DNA from: Planctomycetota bacterium
Lineage (GTDB): Bacteria; Planctomycetota; UBA1135; UBA2386
Reading direction: 5' to 3'
Assembly (NCBI GenBank): GCA_965228735.1
Contig: OZ245838.1
Location: forward strand, 2,944,001-3,008,000
Length of the DNA stretch: 64,000 nucleotides
Shown here: positions 19,779 to 29,412 of the stretch, piece after piece
Layout: every line of letters starts with the position of its first letter
Position numbering within the stretch: position 1 is the stretch's first letter
Program-made: the position numbers and the translations under genes
Notes under the pieces: model-generated
What the model saw: the letters and a program-made list of their open reading frames with translations, nothing else
Database searches by the model: none
What the model was told of the DNA's origin: nothing

Positions 19779-20567
19779 GTGATGCGCCTCCGCCCCCGCA
19801 TGTTCGTGTTGCCGCTGATCGCGCTCGCGGTCGGGATCCTGTTCTGGCAAACCGCGGAGCCCGCGGGTGCGGCGCCGGCGTGCACGTGGCGCGTCGGGCG
19901 CGGCGTCGACTTCGTCCAGGGCGCCAACTACGACACGCTGCCGGCCGAATCGCCGCTGCGGCTCTCGGTCGTCTGCCCGAGCCCGCGCTACCTCTACGTC
20001 TTCTCGCACAGCCAGGAGGACGGCACGGTCCTGCTCTTCCCCTCGACCGGCCTGAAGACCGACCTCACCAACCCGCTGCCCGAGGGCCGCTCGGTGCTGC
20101 CCGGGCAGAACGGCGGGGATGCGATCTACTGGACGAGTCGCGCGCGCATCGCCGCGATCACGACGTTCATCGCGGTCGCATCCGAGGAACCGATCGCGGA
20201 ACTCGACGCGCTGCTGCCGCGACTGCGAAGCTGGACCAACTCGGTCTTCCCCGACGGCTCGATGGCCGTCACGCAGCCGGCCGAGAGCGCGGACTTCCTC
20301 GGCAGGCCGCGCGCGCCAATCCCGAGCGGCCTGCTGCAGAAGGTCGCCGAGCTGAGCCTCGAGGCGACGCTGACGAACGGGCCGATGACGGCGATCCCGG
20401 GCCGCACCGGCATCTGGGGAGCGAGCTGGCGCATCAAGGAGAAGGCGGGCACCGCGCCGAAGCAGGCGAAGCAGAACGGCGTGCCGACGCCGACCGTGCC
20501 GAACCCCGAGAGCCTGATTCCAAAGACCGGCCCCGCCAACCCGAAGCCGGCCGGCGGCAAGAAGTAG
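19779..20567 (+). CDS. DUF4384-like domain protein with N-terminal anchor
   Basis: LRLSV..PSPRYLYVFSHSQEDGTVLLFPS...LP pattern; Pro/Lys-rich tail. Confidence 0.6.
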   Translation: MMRLRPRMFVLPLIALAVGILFWQTAEPAGAAPACTWRVGRGVDFVQGANYDTLPAESPLRLSVVCPSPRYLYVFSHSQEDGTVLLFPSTGLKTDLTNPLPEGRSVLPGQNGGDAIYWTSRARIAAITTFIAVASEEPIAELDALLPRLRSWTNSVFPDGSMAVTQPAESADFLGRPRAPIPSGLLQKVAELSLEATLTNGPMTAIPGRTGIWGASWRIKEKAGTAPKQAKQNGVPTPTVPNPESLIPKTGPANPKPAGGKK

Positions 20568-20569
20568 GC

Positions 20570-21145
20570 CTACTCGGCCAGCGCGTCCTCGACCGCGGCG
20601 CACAGCACGTGCACGCAGGCGAGGTGGCTCTCCTGGATGCGCGCCGTGTTGGTCGACGGCACGTGGATCGCGACCTCGGTGAACTCCGTCGCCGCGCCGC
20701 GCTTCTCGCCGCAGAGCAGCGCCGTATCGATGTTCATCGCGCGCGCCTGCCGCATCGCGGCGACGACGTTCTTGCTGCCGCCCGACGTCGTGATGCCGAT
20801 GAGCAGATCACCGGGCTTGCCGATCGCCTCGACCTCGCGCGCGAACACGTGCTCGTACCCCGCGTCGTTGCCGATCGCCGTGAGGCTCGGCACCTGGTGC
20901 CCGAGCGCGATCGCAGCGTAGGGGCGCCGGTCCTTGTGTTCGAACCAGCCGACGAGCTCGCCCGCGGCGTGCGACGCGTCGCACGAGCTGCCGCCGTTGC
21001 CGCAGAGCATGATCTTGCCGCCGCGCTGCAGCGTCGCGATCGCCAGGTCGCAGAGCTGCCCGAGCGCCGGCAGGCACACCTCGAGGAACCGCTGCTTGGT
21101 CGCGATGCTCTCCTCGAACGTCGCGCGCATCTTGTCTGAATCCAT
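20570..21145 (-). CDS. gmhA: D-sedoheptulose 7-phosphate isomerase (SIS domain)
   Basis: KIMLCGNGGS.CDA.H, LTAIGND.GY..VF.R.VEA.G.PGD, TTSGGS.NV, TARIQESH. Confidence 0.88.
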   Translation of the reverse strand: MDSDKMRATFEESIATKQRFLEVCLPALGQLCDLAIATLQRGGKIMLCGNGGSSCDASHAAGELVGWFEHKDRRPYAAIALGHQVPSLTAIGNDAGYEHVFAREVEAIGKPGDLLIGITTSGGSKNVVAAMRQARAMNIDTALLCGEKRGAATEFTEVAIHVPSTNTARIQESHLACVHVLCAAVEDALAE

Positions 21146-21326
21146 CGTCACGGCGTCCGATGCTACTGGTCCCCGCCAGAAGTTCGCCACATATGTCGCC
21201 GGCCCTGCACGCCGCTCGCGCCGTTGCAGCGTCCTCCACATATCCACCGATATGCCTGCGGCGCTGCCCCTTGCGAGCATCGCGCATTGCTCGCCGACAT
21301 CTGCACCGAACCTCTGGCGGGGACCA

Positions 21327-22481
21327 CTACTGTCGCGCCGCCGCGAGCGCGCTGCCGATATCGGGTCGTTGCCCGGCCGCGGTCAGCGCGTCGCCGAACG
21401 CCGCGAGCGCCCGCAGCACGTTCTCCGGCCGGGCGCCGTGGCCCATGAGCCCGACGCGGAACGCGCGGCCCTGCAGCGGCCCGAGCCCGCCGCCGACCTC
21501 GATGCCGTGACGCTGGCGCAGGTGGGACCGGAATGCGCCATCATCGACGCCATCGGGATACCGCACCGTCGTGAGCATCGGCGTCGCGTGTTCGACCGGC
21601 ACGAGCGGCTCGAGCCCGAGCTCGGACAGCCCGGCGCGGAGTGACCGCGAGACCTGCCGGTGACGTTCGGCGCGGGCGGCGAGGCCCTCGTCGAAGACCT
21701 CGTCGAGCGCCGCGGCGAGCGCGTAGATCATGCTGACGGGCGCGGTGTAGTGATACGCGCGCTCGGTGCCGAAGTAGCCGTTGAGCAGCTTGAGGTCGAA
21801 GTAGAACGGCGCGGGCCGGTCGCGCGCTTCGGCGCGCTCGACCGCGCGCGGCGAGAACGTGACGGGCGCGAGGCCGGGCGGACACGACAGACACTTCTGC
21901 GTGCCGCAGAACGCCGCGTCGACGCCCAGCGCGCCGAAGTCGAGTTCGAGCCCGCCGATGCTCGTCACGCAGTCGACGACGAACATCGCACCGTGCTCAC
22001 GCGCGCTCGCCGCGATCGGCTCGAGGTCGGTCAGCACGCCCGTGCTGGTCTCGGCGTGCACGACCGCGAGCAGGCTCGTCGGCCCGGCCGCGACCGCCGC
22101 CGCGATGGCGTCCGGATCGAGCGGCGTGCCGAACTCCGCGGTGACCTCGACGACCTCGGCACCGACGCGCCGGCACGAGTCCGCAAAGCGCCCACCGAAC
22201 ACGCCGTGCACGCCGACGACGACGCGTTCGCCCGGCGCGACGAGGTTGTGCACCATCGCCTCCATGCCCGACGAACCCGTGCCGGCGAGCGGCAGCGTGA
22301 GCGGATAGTCGACGCCGAACAGCGTGCGCAGCCGCGCCTGCACGAGATCGAGCAGCGGCAGCAACGTCGGGTCGAGGTGCCCGAGCAACGGCATCGCCTG
22401 CGCCGCCCGCACGGCCGGGCTCGTCGGCGACGGGCCCGGCCCGAGCAGCAGGACCTCGTCCGGTCGGAAGCCCATCGTCAT
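21327..22481 (-). CDS. Alanine-glyoxylate / serine-pyruvate aminotransferase (class V PLP)
   Basis: LLLGPGPS, GTGSSGMEA, VHAETSTGV, VDCVTSIGG, GTQKCLSCPPG. Confidence 0.92.
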   Translation of the reverse strand: MTMGFRPDEVLLLGPGPSPTSPAVRAAQAMPLLGHLDPTLLPLLDLVQARLRTLFGVDYPLTLPLAGTGSSGMEAMVHNLVAPGERVVVGVHGVFGGRFADSCRRVGAEVVEVTAEFGTPLDPDAIAAAVAAGPTSLLAVVHAETSTGVLTDLEPIAASAREHGAMFVVDCVTSIGGLELDFGALGVDAAFCGTQKCLSCPPGLAPVTFSPRAVERAEARDRPAPFYFDLKLLNGYFGTERAYHYTAPVSMIYALAAALDEVFDEGLAARAERHRQVSRSLRAGLSELGLEPLVPVEHATPMLTTVRYPDGVDDGAFRSHLRQRHGIEVGGGLGPLQGRAFRVGLMGHGARPENVLRALAAFGDALTAAGQRPDIGSALAAARQ

Positions 22482-22834
22482 TCGGCGAGCGGCTTGGCGA
22501 TCGCGAGCCAGACGGCGGTCCCGCCGAGCGCGAGCGCGAACAGCAACGCGACACCCCAGGGCACGATCTTCTTCTTCGCCAGCGTGGGCAGCACCGCGAT
22601 GACGAGCCAACAGCCGATCTTGAGGATCAGCCACATCGGCCACCCGTAGCCGAGCTTGTGGGCCTGCCCGATACCGGCGACGATCATCACGAGCAGCCCG
22701 ACGCCGTGCAGGATCGAAAACAGCGCGGGCGCCTTGGCGCCGTCCTTGCCGGCCGCGGCGAACATCGCGCCAAGGCCGAGGAACAGCATCAGGACTCCAA
22801 CGATGTGGGCGATACGATAGAACTCAGCGGACAT
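22478..22834 (-). CDS. Small four-TM membrane protein (SirB2-like hypothetical)
   Basis: Y...H..G; ILHGVGL; WPMWLILKIGCW; C-terminal KP; overlaps the aminotransferase start. Confidence 0.65.
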   Translation of the reverse strand: MSAEFYRIAHIVGVLMLFLGLGAMFAAAGKDGAKAPALFSILHGVGLLVMIVAGIGQAHKLGYGWPMWLILKIGCWLVIAVLPTLAKKKIVPWGVALLFALALGGTAVWLAIAKPLAE

Positions 22835-22975
22835 GGCCGGCCATTAGAGCGGCCACCGCGGCGGTTTCCCCCTCAGAACCGAAGCGGAGCGCCGAAGGCG
22901 CTCGGCGAGGTCCTGAGCAAGTTTGCCCGCCGCGCGGGCAACCTTGCTCAGAACGGAATCGGCCAGCCGACCTTC

Positions 22976-23758
22976 ATGCCGGAGAACGAGAACCCGTTCG
23001 AGCGCCTGCGCGCGCTCGCCGCAGCCAGCCCGGTCGTGACCGCTCACCGCGGTGACAGCGGGCGCCTGCCCGAGAACACGCTGCCCGCGTTCGCCGCGGC
23101 GACGGCGCTCGGTTGTGCGATGCAGGAGTTCGACGTCCGCGAAACGCGGGACGGCGAGCTCGTATGCATCCACGACGCGACGCCCGATCGCACGACGAAC
23201 GCCGCGCAGCTGCTCGGGCCGGATCGGCCGATCGTCGCGACGGACCTGGCAACGCTGCGCACGCTCGACGCCGGCGGTGGCGCGGTCGTTCCGCGCCTCG
23301 ACGAAGCGCTGGCGGCGATCCGGCCCGGCATCCCGATGATCGAACACAAGGCCGGCGACCCCGCGACGTTCCTCACGCTCTTGCGGCAACGCGGTGAACT
23401 GGCGCGCTGCATCCTGCAGTCGTTCGACTGGGGTTTCGTCGCCGCGGTGAAGACGGCCGCCCCCGAAGCCGCCGTCGCGCTGCTCGGCCCCGGCCCGTTC
23501 GCGGCCCGGCTGGACGCCGAGGCGATTGCCGCAGCACGGCGTCTCGGCGCCGGCATGCTGCACTGGCGCGAGCGCGACCTCGACGCGGCAACGGTGGCAC
23601 GAGTTCACGCCGCCGGGCTGCTCGTCTGCAGCTACACGACGGATGACGCCGACGGGATGCGCCGCGGCGCCCGGATCGGAATCGACGCGATGTGCACGAA
23701 CGAGCCGGGCCGGATGCTCGAACTCGCGCGCGCCGGCGAACTGCACCGCGCGCGGTGA
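22976..23758 (+). CDS. Glycerophosphodiester phosphodiesterase
   Basis: AHRGDSG..PENTLPAF, EFDVRETRDG.LVCIHD, IEHK, LQSFD, YT.D, CTNEP. Confidence 0.9.
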   Translation: MPENENPFERLRALAAASPVVTAHRGDSGRLPENTLPAFAAATALGCAMQEFDVRETRDGELVCIHDATPDRTTNAAQLLGPDRPIVATDLATLRTLDAGGGAVVPRLDEALAAIRPGIPMIEHKAGDPATFLTLLRQRGELARCILQSFDWGFVAAVKTAAPEAAVALLGPGPFAARLDAEAIAAARRLGAGMLHWRERDLDAATVARVHAAGLLVCSYTTDDADGMRRGARIGIDAMCTNEPGRMLELARAGELHRAR

Positions 23759-23822
23759 CGGCGCCCGGATGGAGCGGGCGCCACTGGCATAGCCCACTCG
23801 CAGGGGCCCACTCGCAGAGGAT

Positions 23823-24266
23823 CTAGTGGATCGTCAGCGTCGCCGACGTGCCGTCGTGGCTGATCTGCAGGCGGATGCGGTAGCCCTTGAGCGTCTCGTC
23901 CACGATCACGATCTCGACGAGCCGCACGTTCGCGTTCCGGAACCCGGCGATGACCGTGCTGCTGAGCGAGACGTCGCGGCCCGCGACCGGCAGCGGCACG
24001 ATCAGACCCGAGAGCGGATCACAGGCCGTCGCCACCACGGCGCCCATCGATTGCGGCACGCGCAGCGTGAAGTCGCGGTCGAGGCTGGCCAGCTGTCGAC
24101 TTGCCCCAAGGGCCGGGCCGACACCCGGCGTGCCGACGTTCGCGCACGCCGGCAGGATCCAGACCCCGGTGCCCCCTGCGTTCTCACCGCCTTCGTTGCC
24201 AGTCGTCGGCGCGGCAAGCCACATCGCAGCGAGCGCCACGAGCAGGAAGCGGAGGGATTGTTTCAC
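23823..24266 (-). CDS. Hypothetical secreted protein
   Basis: GTG start; signal-like RFLLVALAAMWLAA; codon pattern favours this frame. Start position uncertain. Confidence 0.55.
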   Translation of the reverse strand: MKQSLRFLLVALAAMWLAAPTTGNEGGENAGGTGVWILPACANVGTPGVGPALGASRQLASLDRDFTLRVPQSMGAVVATACDPLSGLIVPLPVAGRDVSLSSTVIAGFRNANVRLVEIVIVDETLKGYRIRLQISHDGTSATLTIH

Positions 24267-24389
24267 GGCTGGTTTGGGGAGGAAGCGAAGGTCTAGAGGA
24301 TACCGTCGGGGCGCCCGGAAGGAAGGGCCCGCGCGGGGAAAGACGCTGGACCGAACATCGGCCATCGCCCCCACGGGGCTTTACGGCGG

Positions 24390-25574
24390 CTAGCCCGCCT
24401 CCGCGAACCAGACGGGCAGGGTTTCCGCAAACCGCCCCCGGATCCCGGGATGGCTCCGGACGATGTGCAGGAACTGACTGCGCCGTTGCAGCTCCCGCGC
24501 CACGACGCCGCGCCGGTGCGGCAGTTCGTCGTGCAGGCGCTGGAACCAGCGCAGCGACTCGTCGAACTCGCCCTTGAGGCCGTAGGCGAGCCCGAGGTTG
24601 AAGTAGGCCATGCCGAGGCGCGGCTGCTCGGCGACGACCCCGGACTCGACGACCTCGAGGAGGAGTTCGGCCGCGCCGTCGCAATCGCCCTCGTCGAGGT
24701 GCAGGTTGCCGAGGTTGAGAAGCGCGTAGCCACGCATCACCGGCTCGTTCGTCCCGGCGAGAACCTGGGAGAACTGCTGCTTCGCGAGCGTGCGCTGCCC
24801 GCGCACGTGGTGCACGAGCCCGAGGTAGATGCGGGACTCGTGGGAGTCGGGGTCGAGGGCGAGGCACTCGGTCAGCAGGCGCTGCCCCTTCGCGAGCGCC
24901 TCGGAGGCCGAACACCACCGACCATCGAACAGCTCCTTGGCCGCGACCCAGGGCGCGCCGGCCGGACCGGCGGACTCGCCGCCCGCGTCGCTCCCAATCG
25001 CCGAGTGCCCAATCGTGGAGTGCTCGCTCGCGGGGTGCTCACTCGCGACGTGATCGTTCGCCGCCATCGCCGCCTCGGACTCGGCCGCACGCGCGACCTC
25101 GTCGAGCAGGTGCCGACCGCGCTGCGCCATATCGGGCATCGGCACGGGCTCCTTGGACACCTCCTTGGAGAAGTCCGGCGACAGCCCCATGAGAACGAAG
25201 CAACGACCGAGCTCGTAGAGGATCTTCGAGAGCTTCTCGCGGTTGTCCGTGAGCTGCTGCCGCAGTCGCATCGCGGCTGCCGAGCTGTCGCTGTCGCTGT
25301 CCGCCGCGGCGGCTGCGGTCGGCCCGCCGACCCGGTCGCGAACCCCAGCGGCCAAAGCCCCATCAGCCAGCTTGGCCAGCGCGAGTTCGCGGTGCATGCG
25401 CACCTGGCTCCGAATGCCCTGCAGGAACCCACGGCACGACGAGCACGCGTCCGAATGCACCATGACACGGCGCACCGAGGGCGCGTCGAGCTCACCGTCG
25501 AGCATCGCCGACAGATCCACCTGGATCTGCATGCACGGATCGTGCTCGCGATCGAGAGCTGGCAAAGGCGGCAT
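24390..25574 (-). CDS. Soluble zinc-finger (zf-HC2/ZAS) anti-sigma factor with C-terminal TPRs
   Basis: C...LSAMLDGEL...HSDACSSC (HxxxCxxC); TPR motifs ALLNLGNLHL, AYFNLGLAYG; no TM; directly downstream of an ECF sigma. Confidence 0.8.
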   Translation of the reverse strand: MPPLPALDREHDPCMQIQVDLSAMLDGELDAPSVRRVMVHSDACSSCRGFLQGIRSQVRMHRELALAKLADGALAAGVRDRVGGPTAAAAADSDSDSSAAAMRLRQQLTDNREKLSKILYELGRCFVLMGLSPDFSKEVSKEPVPMPDMAQRGRHLLDEVARAAESEAAMAANDHVASEHPASEHSTIGHSAIGSDAGGESAGPAGAPWVAAKELFDGRWCSASEALAKGQRLLTECLALDPDSHESRIYLGLVHHVRGQRTLAKQQFSQVLAGTNEPVMRGYALLNLGNLHLDEGDCDGAAELLLEVVESGVVAEQPRLGMAYFNLGLAYGLKGEFDESLRWFQRLHDELPHRRGVVARELQRRSQFLHIVRSHPGIRGRFAETLPVWFAEAG

Positions 25575-25603
25575 CTTGGCAGGGACTAGCAGGCGGACGC
25601 GAC

Positions 25604-26569
25604 TCAGTCACCCGGAACGCCGAAGACGATCGGCGATTGAGGCGATTTCGCGACATTCGAACGAGGATGGCCGGCGGGCGGTGCAACCTTCCGCGGCGAA
25701 ACTCCGCGGCCGGGGCGCGACGGCCCCCCAATGGACGACGCGCCGATGGACGACGCGGCGGTAGCCGCGGACGCTGCCGAGCGTGCCGCGAGGTCACCGA
25801 GCGTGCGCTCCATGCCGCGGTAGATCTTCCGCCGGCCGCGGAAGATCACCATCTTGAGGTTTTCGAGGCGGATGCCGAGGTCCGCGGCGGCGTCGCGATA
25901 CGACGTCCCGTCGACCTCGACGAGTGTGAGTGCGCGGCGCTCGCGCGGCGACAGCTTGCCAAAGTGCAGCAGGTAGAGCTGCAGGTAGAGCACGTAGGCC
26001 GTGTTCACGACCTTGGCGCTCTCGGCGTCGCTCACCGCGCGGTCGGGCCGGCGCGACCGCAGGTCCTCCGGCGGCGCGACGTCCTCGTCCATGCCGCGGA
26101 ACACCGCCAGGCGCGTCGCGCCCTTCAGGAACTTCAGCAGCGTGTTGCGCGCGATGCGGTGGCCCCAGCCGCGGAACGCATCCGCCCGGTCCGGGTGGAA
26201 CCGATGCGGGTAGCGGTAGATGTTGAGGAACACCTCCTGCAGCACATCGTTGCTGTCGATGTGGTGGAACGACCGCCGCAGCTTGGACTGGATCGCCTGC
26301 AGGAAAGAGGCGCGGTTGAGTTCGTACAGCAGCGCGAAGACCTGCGGATCGCCGCTGGTCTTGTAGCAGTCCATGAGGCTCGTGCTGACCCAGTCCTCGT
26401 ATTGCTGATCGGTCGCGACCGACACACCGTCGCGCGGCGACTGCCCGTTCGCGAGGCGATGCAGCGCGCTGTCGCCGGTACGCTCCCAGAGCTCTCCGAG
26501 GCGGAGGGCGAGCGCTTGCCGGTCTGCGGTTCGGCGCGACGCTGCGGAGCTGTGACGTTCTTGCGACAT
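25604..26569 (-). CDS. ECF sigma factor with N- and C-terminal extensions
   Basis: DSNDVLQEVFLNIYR, FRGWGHRIARN, LSPRERRALTL...SYRDAAADLGI...LKMVIFRGRRK. Confidence 0.88.
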   Translation of the reverse strand: MSQERHSSAASRRTADRQALALRLGELWERTGDSALHRLANGQSPRDGVSVATDQQYEDWVSTSLMDCYKTSGDPQVFALLYELNRASFLQAIQSKLRRSFHHIDSNDVLQEVFLNIYRYPHRFHPDRADAFRGWGHRIARNTLLKFLKGATRLAVFRGMDEDVAPPEDLRSRRPDRAVSDAESAKVVNTAYVLYLQLYLLHFGKLSPRERRALTLVEVDGTSYRDAAADLGIRLENLKMVIFRGRRKIYRGMERTLGDLAARSAASAATAASSIGASSIGGPSRPGRGVSPRKVAPPAGHPRSNVAKSPQSPIVFGVPGD

Positions 26570-26766
26570 GACGGGAAGCGGAGGTCGGCCAGTCGCTTGG
26601 CCAAGGTCAAATGGGCCGCGGCGGGGCCGCGGACCAGTCACATCTTGCCATAGCCGAGCCCGTTCGGGAAGTCACGACCACCGGAACGCTATACGGCTAG
26701 CCGCAAATTATCCCGGAGCCGCACTTCGCCACGGATCGGGCTCCCGCCGGATCCACACCCAAGGCA

Positions 26767-27534
26767 TCAGTCCCGCGGCGAAGCCGGCAGCGCGAGCACG
26801 AAGCCCGTGCTGGCCGGACCGAGCGCATCGGCCCAGACCCGCGCCCCGAGCCGCTCGGCCGCCTGGCGGAACGTGCGGACGATCGTCGGATCGACGGAGC
26901 TCGCCGGCTCGCCCGCACCGGCGATGTGCAGCTGCGGCCCCTGGCGATCGCGGTCCGGGTCGCCGCCGCCGGCCGAGTCGATCTCGATGACGAGGGTGCT
27001 CGCATCGCGACAGCGCGCGGCGACGAGGTCGAGGCCGGCGTGCACCGTCTCGGCGAAGCGACCCATGTCGCCCCACCACAGCCGGTCCGCGTCACCGCGA
27101 ACGTGAACGGTCCGATTGCTGCCCGCCCACTGCATCGCGAGATCGCTGCAGCTGGCCGCGAGGTCGATCGGCTGCAGCCCGCGGTTGGCGTGATCAGCCT
27201 CCTCCGCCAGTTCGCGCTGCACGGCGTCGCACCACTCGAGCACGCCGAGTGCCGACTGCAGCGTCTTCTGCAGCCGCGCCCGACCCGCTTCGGCGACCGA
27301 GTCCGTGGCGTCCTCGAGGCGACTGCGCAGTTCGGTGAGGAACTGATCCTGACACGCGGCGAGCGTCGCAATGCGTTGACCGAGCCCACGCGCGACGTCC
27401 GCATCGCGATGCCAGCGGTGCGTCGGCGCCGTAGCCACGACGAGATCCCCAGCGCCGCGGCCCGGCTTGGGCAGCACGTACTCGCCGGCGGCCGCCGGCG
27501 GCCCGACGGGCGCTTCCACAGGAGGTGTCGACAT
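26767..27534 (-). CDS. Degenerate histidine-kinase-like (coiled coil + HATPase-like) protein
   Basis: QPIDLAA, tail RQAAERLGARVW...GTGF-like (STGFVLALP); N-box Asn, DxGxG and GLGL not visible. Confidence 0.5.
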   Translation of the reverse strand: MSTPPVEAPVGPPAAAGEYVLPKPGRGAGDLVVATAPTHRWHRDADVARGLGQRIATLAACQDQFLTELRSRLEDATDSVAEAGRARLQKTLQSALGVLEWCDAVQRELAEEADHANRGLQPIDLAASCSDLAMQWAGSNRTVHVRGDADRLWWGDMGRFAETVHAGLDLVAARCRDASTLVIEIDSAGGGDPDRDRQGPQLHIAGAGEPASSVDPTIVRTFRQAAERLGARVWADALGPASTGFVLALPASPRD

Positions 27535-27588
27535 GCCCGTGGCATCGGCCGCCCGGGGCCCGCGGCTTGAGGGTAGCATCCGCGGGCC

Positions 27589-28734
27589 ATGCCGCGCCCC
27601 CCGCTGTCCCCGACCGAGATCCGCGAACTGGCACACGACCTGGGGTTCGAGCTCGTGCGGTTCGGCCCAGCCGGGCCCGGCGCGGACGGCGAGCGGTTCC
27701 TGGACTGGCTCGAAGCCGGGCGCCATGGCGAGATGGAGTATCTCGCGAAGAACCGCGACCGCATCGTGGAGCCGACCCGGTGGCGCGCCGGGGTGCGGTC
27801 GACGATCGCCGTCGCCGCGGACTACGGCGGGCCGCCCGGCGAGCTGCCCGGCGGCGGCCGGGTCGCGCGCTACGCGGTCGGGCGCGATTACCACCGCTGG
27901 CTCGGCACGCGGGTGACCGCGTTGCGCGATCGGCTCGAAGGCCTGGGCGTGCCGCGCGGCACGATGATCGGCGGCACCGACGCCGTGCCGGCCCTGGAGC
28001 GCGCGCTCGCGCAGCGCGCCGGGATCGGCTTCCTGGCCAAGAGCGCGATGGTGATCTCGCCGACGCACGGGCCGTACCTGCTGCTCGGCGAACTGTTGAC
28101 CGACATGGAGCTGCCCGTCGATGGGCCGGCAGCCGGCTCGTGCGGCACGTGCACCGCATGCCTCGACGCCTGCCCCACCGGCGCGATCACGGCGCCGTTC
28201 CAGGTCGACGCGCGCCGCTGCCTCAGCTACACGACGATCGAGTTGCGCGGCTTCGTGCCGGAGGCGATGCGGCGCGCGCAGGGCGACTGGCTGTTCGGCT
28301 GCGACGTGTGCCTCGAGGTCTGCCCGTTCACGCGCAAGAGCCCGGCTCTGACGCGAACGGGCGACGACCGCGACCCCGACCTGCGGCCGCATCGCGTCGT
28401 CGCGACGTGGACGATCGTCGACGTCCTGGCGATGGACGCCGACAGGTACGACGCGGAGGTGACGGGGACGGCGATGCGGCGCGCGACGCACTCGGGCCTG
28501 CGGCGCAACGCCGCGATCGTGCTCGGCAATCGGCGCGATCCAGCCGCGTTGCCGAGCCTGTCCGACGCGCTGCGCGACCCCGACCCGATCGTGCGCGGTC
28601 ACGCGGCGTGGGCGATCGGTCGCATCGAGCCGCGACACACGGCGCTCGCGACGGCGCTGCGCAACGAAGACGACACGCGCGTGCGGGCCGAGCTCGAGCA
28701 CGCACTCGCCGGCGGCGCGCAGTCGGACGAGTAG
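27589..28734 (+). CDS. queG: tRNA epoxyqueuosine(34) reductase
   Basis: GRHGEMEYL, VARYA.GRDYH, ERALAQRAGIG, CGTCTACLDACPTGA, FGCDVCLEVCP, C-terminal HEAT repeats. Confidence 0.95.
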   Translation: MPRPPLSPTEIRELAHDLGFELVRFGPAGPGADGERFLDWLEAGRHGEMEYLAKNRDRIVEPTRWRAGVRSTIAVAADYGGPPGELPGGGRVARYAVGRDYHRWLGTRVTALRDRLEGLGVPRGTMIGGTDAVPALERALAQRAGIGFLAKSAMVISPTHGPYLLLGELLTDMELPVDGPAAGSCGTCTACLDACPTGAITAPFQVDARRCLSYTTIELRGFVPEAMRRAQGDWLFGCDVCLEVCPFTRKSPALTRTGDDRDPDLRPHRVVATWTIVDVLAMDADRYDAEVTGTAMRRATHSGLRRNAAIVLGNRRDPAALPSLSDALRDPDPIVRGHAAWAIGRIEPRHTALATALRNEDDTRVRAELEHALAGGAQSDE

Positions 28735-28738
28735 TCCG

Positions 28739-28761
28739 ATTCGGGCGACCGTCGCCCGAAT
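28739..28761. repeat. Perfect 11-bp inverted repeat (hairpin or operator) just after queG
   Basis: ATTCGGGCGAC-c-GTCGCCCGAAT. Confidence 0.6.
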
Positions 28762-29015
28762 GCGACGTTCGCAGTGATTCACCCATCGCATCGCCGGCTG
28801 CGAATCGCCCGTCGACCGCTGCCGCCCCGACCGTCTACGTCGGCCGACGGTCGTTGCCGTTCGACGGCAGGCCGGCACCGGTGGTCGCATGCACGGTTCG
28901 CGCCGATGCCATGGCGCGTCCGGCGACAATCACGCGCCGATGACGCCAGTTGGCAAGCGAGTTGCTCTTCACCGATCGAAGCCTGACCACCGGCAGCAAG
29001 AAGGAAGAAACGAAC

Positions 29016-29201
29016 ATGGGCACCTGCGACTACTACAACGAGACGAAGTACTGCGACGAGTGCAAGGGCTACGTCCGCTTCATGATGAGCGTCAACCATT
29101 CCTACTGCGTCGACTGCGGCAACCGCGTGCGGTTGTTCAGCCGCGAGGACAAGGAGAGCTTTCAGGAGCGGGTGCAGCGCCACAAGTGGCAGGCTTCGTA
29201 G
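29016..29201 (+). CDS. Small zinc-ribbon protein (61 aa)
   Basis: AAGGAAG RBS; YCDEC...YCVDCG (two CxxC pairs); strongly GC3-biased codons. Confidence 0.75.
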   Translation: MGTCDYYNETKYCDECKGYVRFMMSVNHSYCVDCGNRVRLFSREDKESFQERVQRHKWQAS

Positions 29202-29412
29202 TCGCCACCACCCCCCGAATCGCTTCGGCCCCCCCCGACGCCGAACACCACACCGCTCGCCACCACGAGGCAAGGCGAGCACCGACCGCTACCCTGATCC
29301 CCGCAACGGCCCGCCGGCTACCCAACCGGCGGGCCGCTTGCGTTCGGCGCGATGGGACCGAGCCGCGCGATCCGTGCTGGCGCCCTCGTCTGCCGCGCGT
29401 TCCAGTTCTCGG

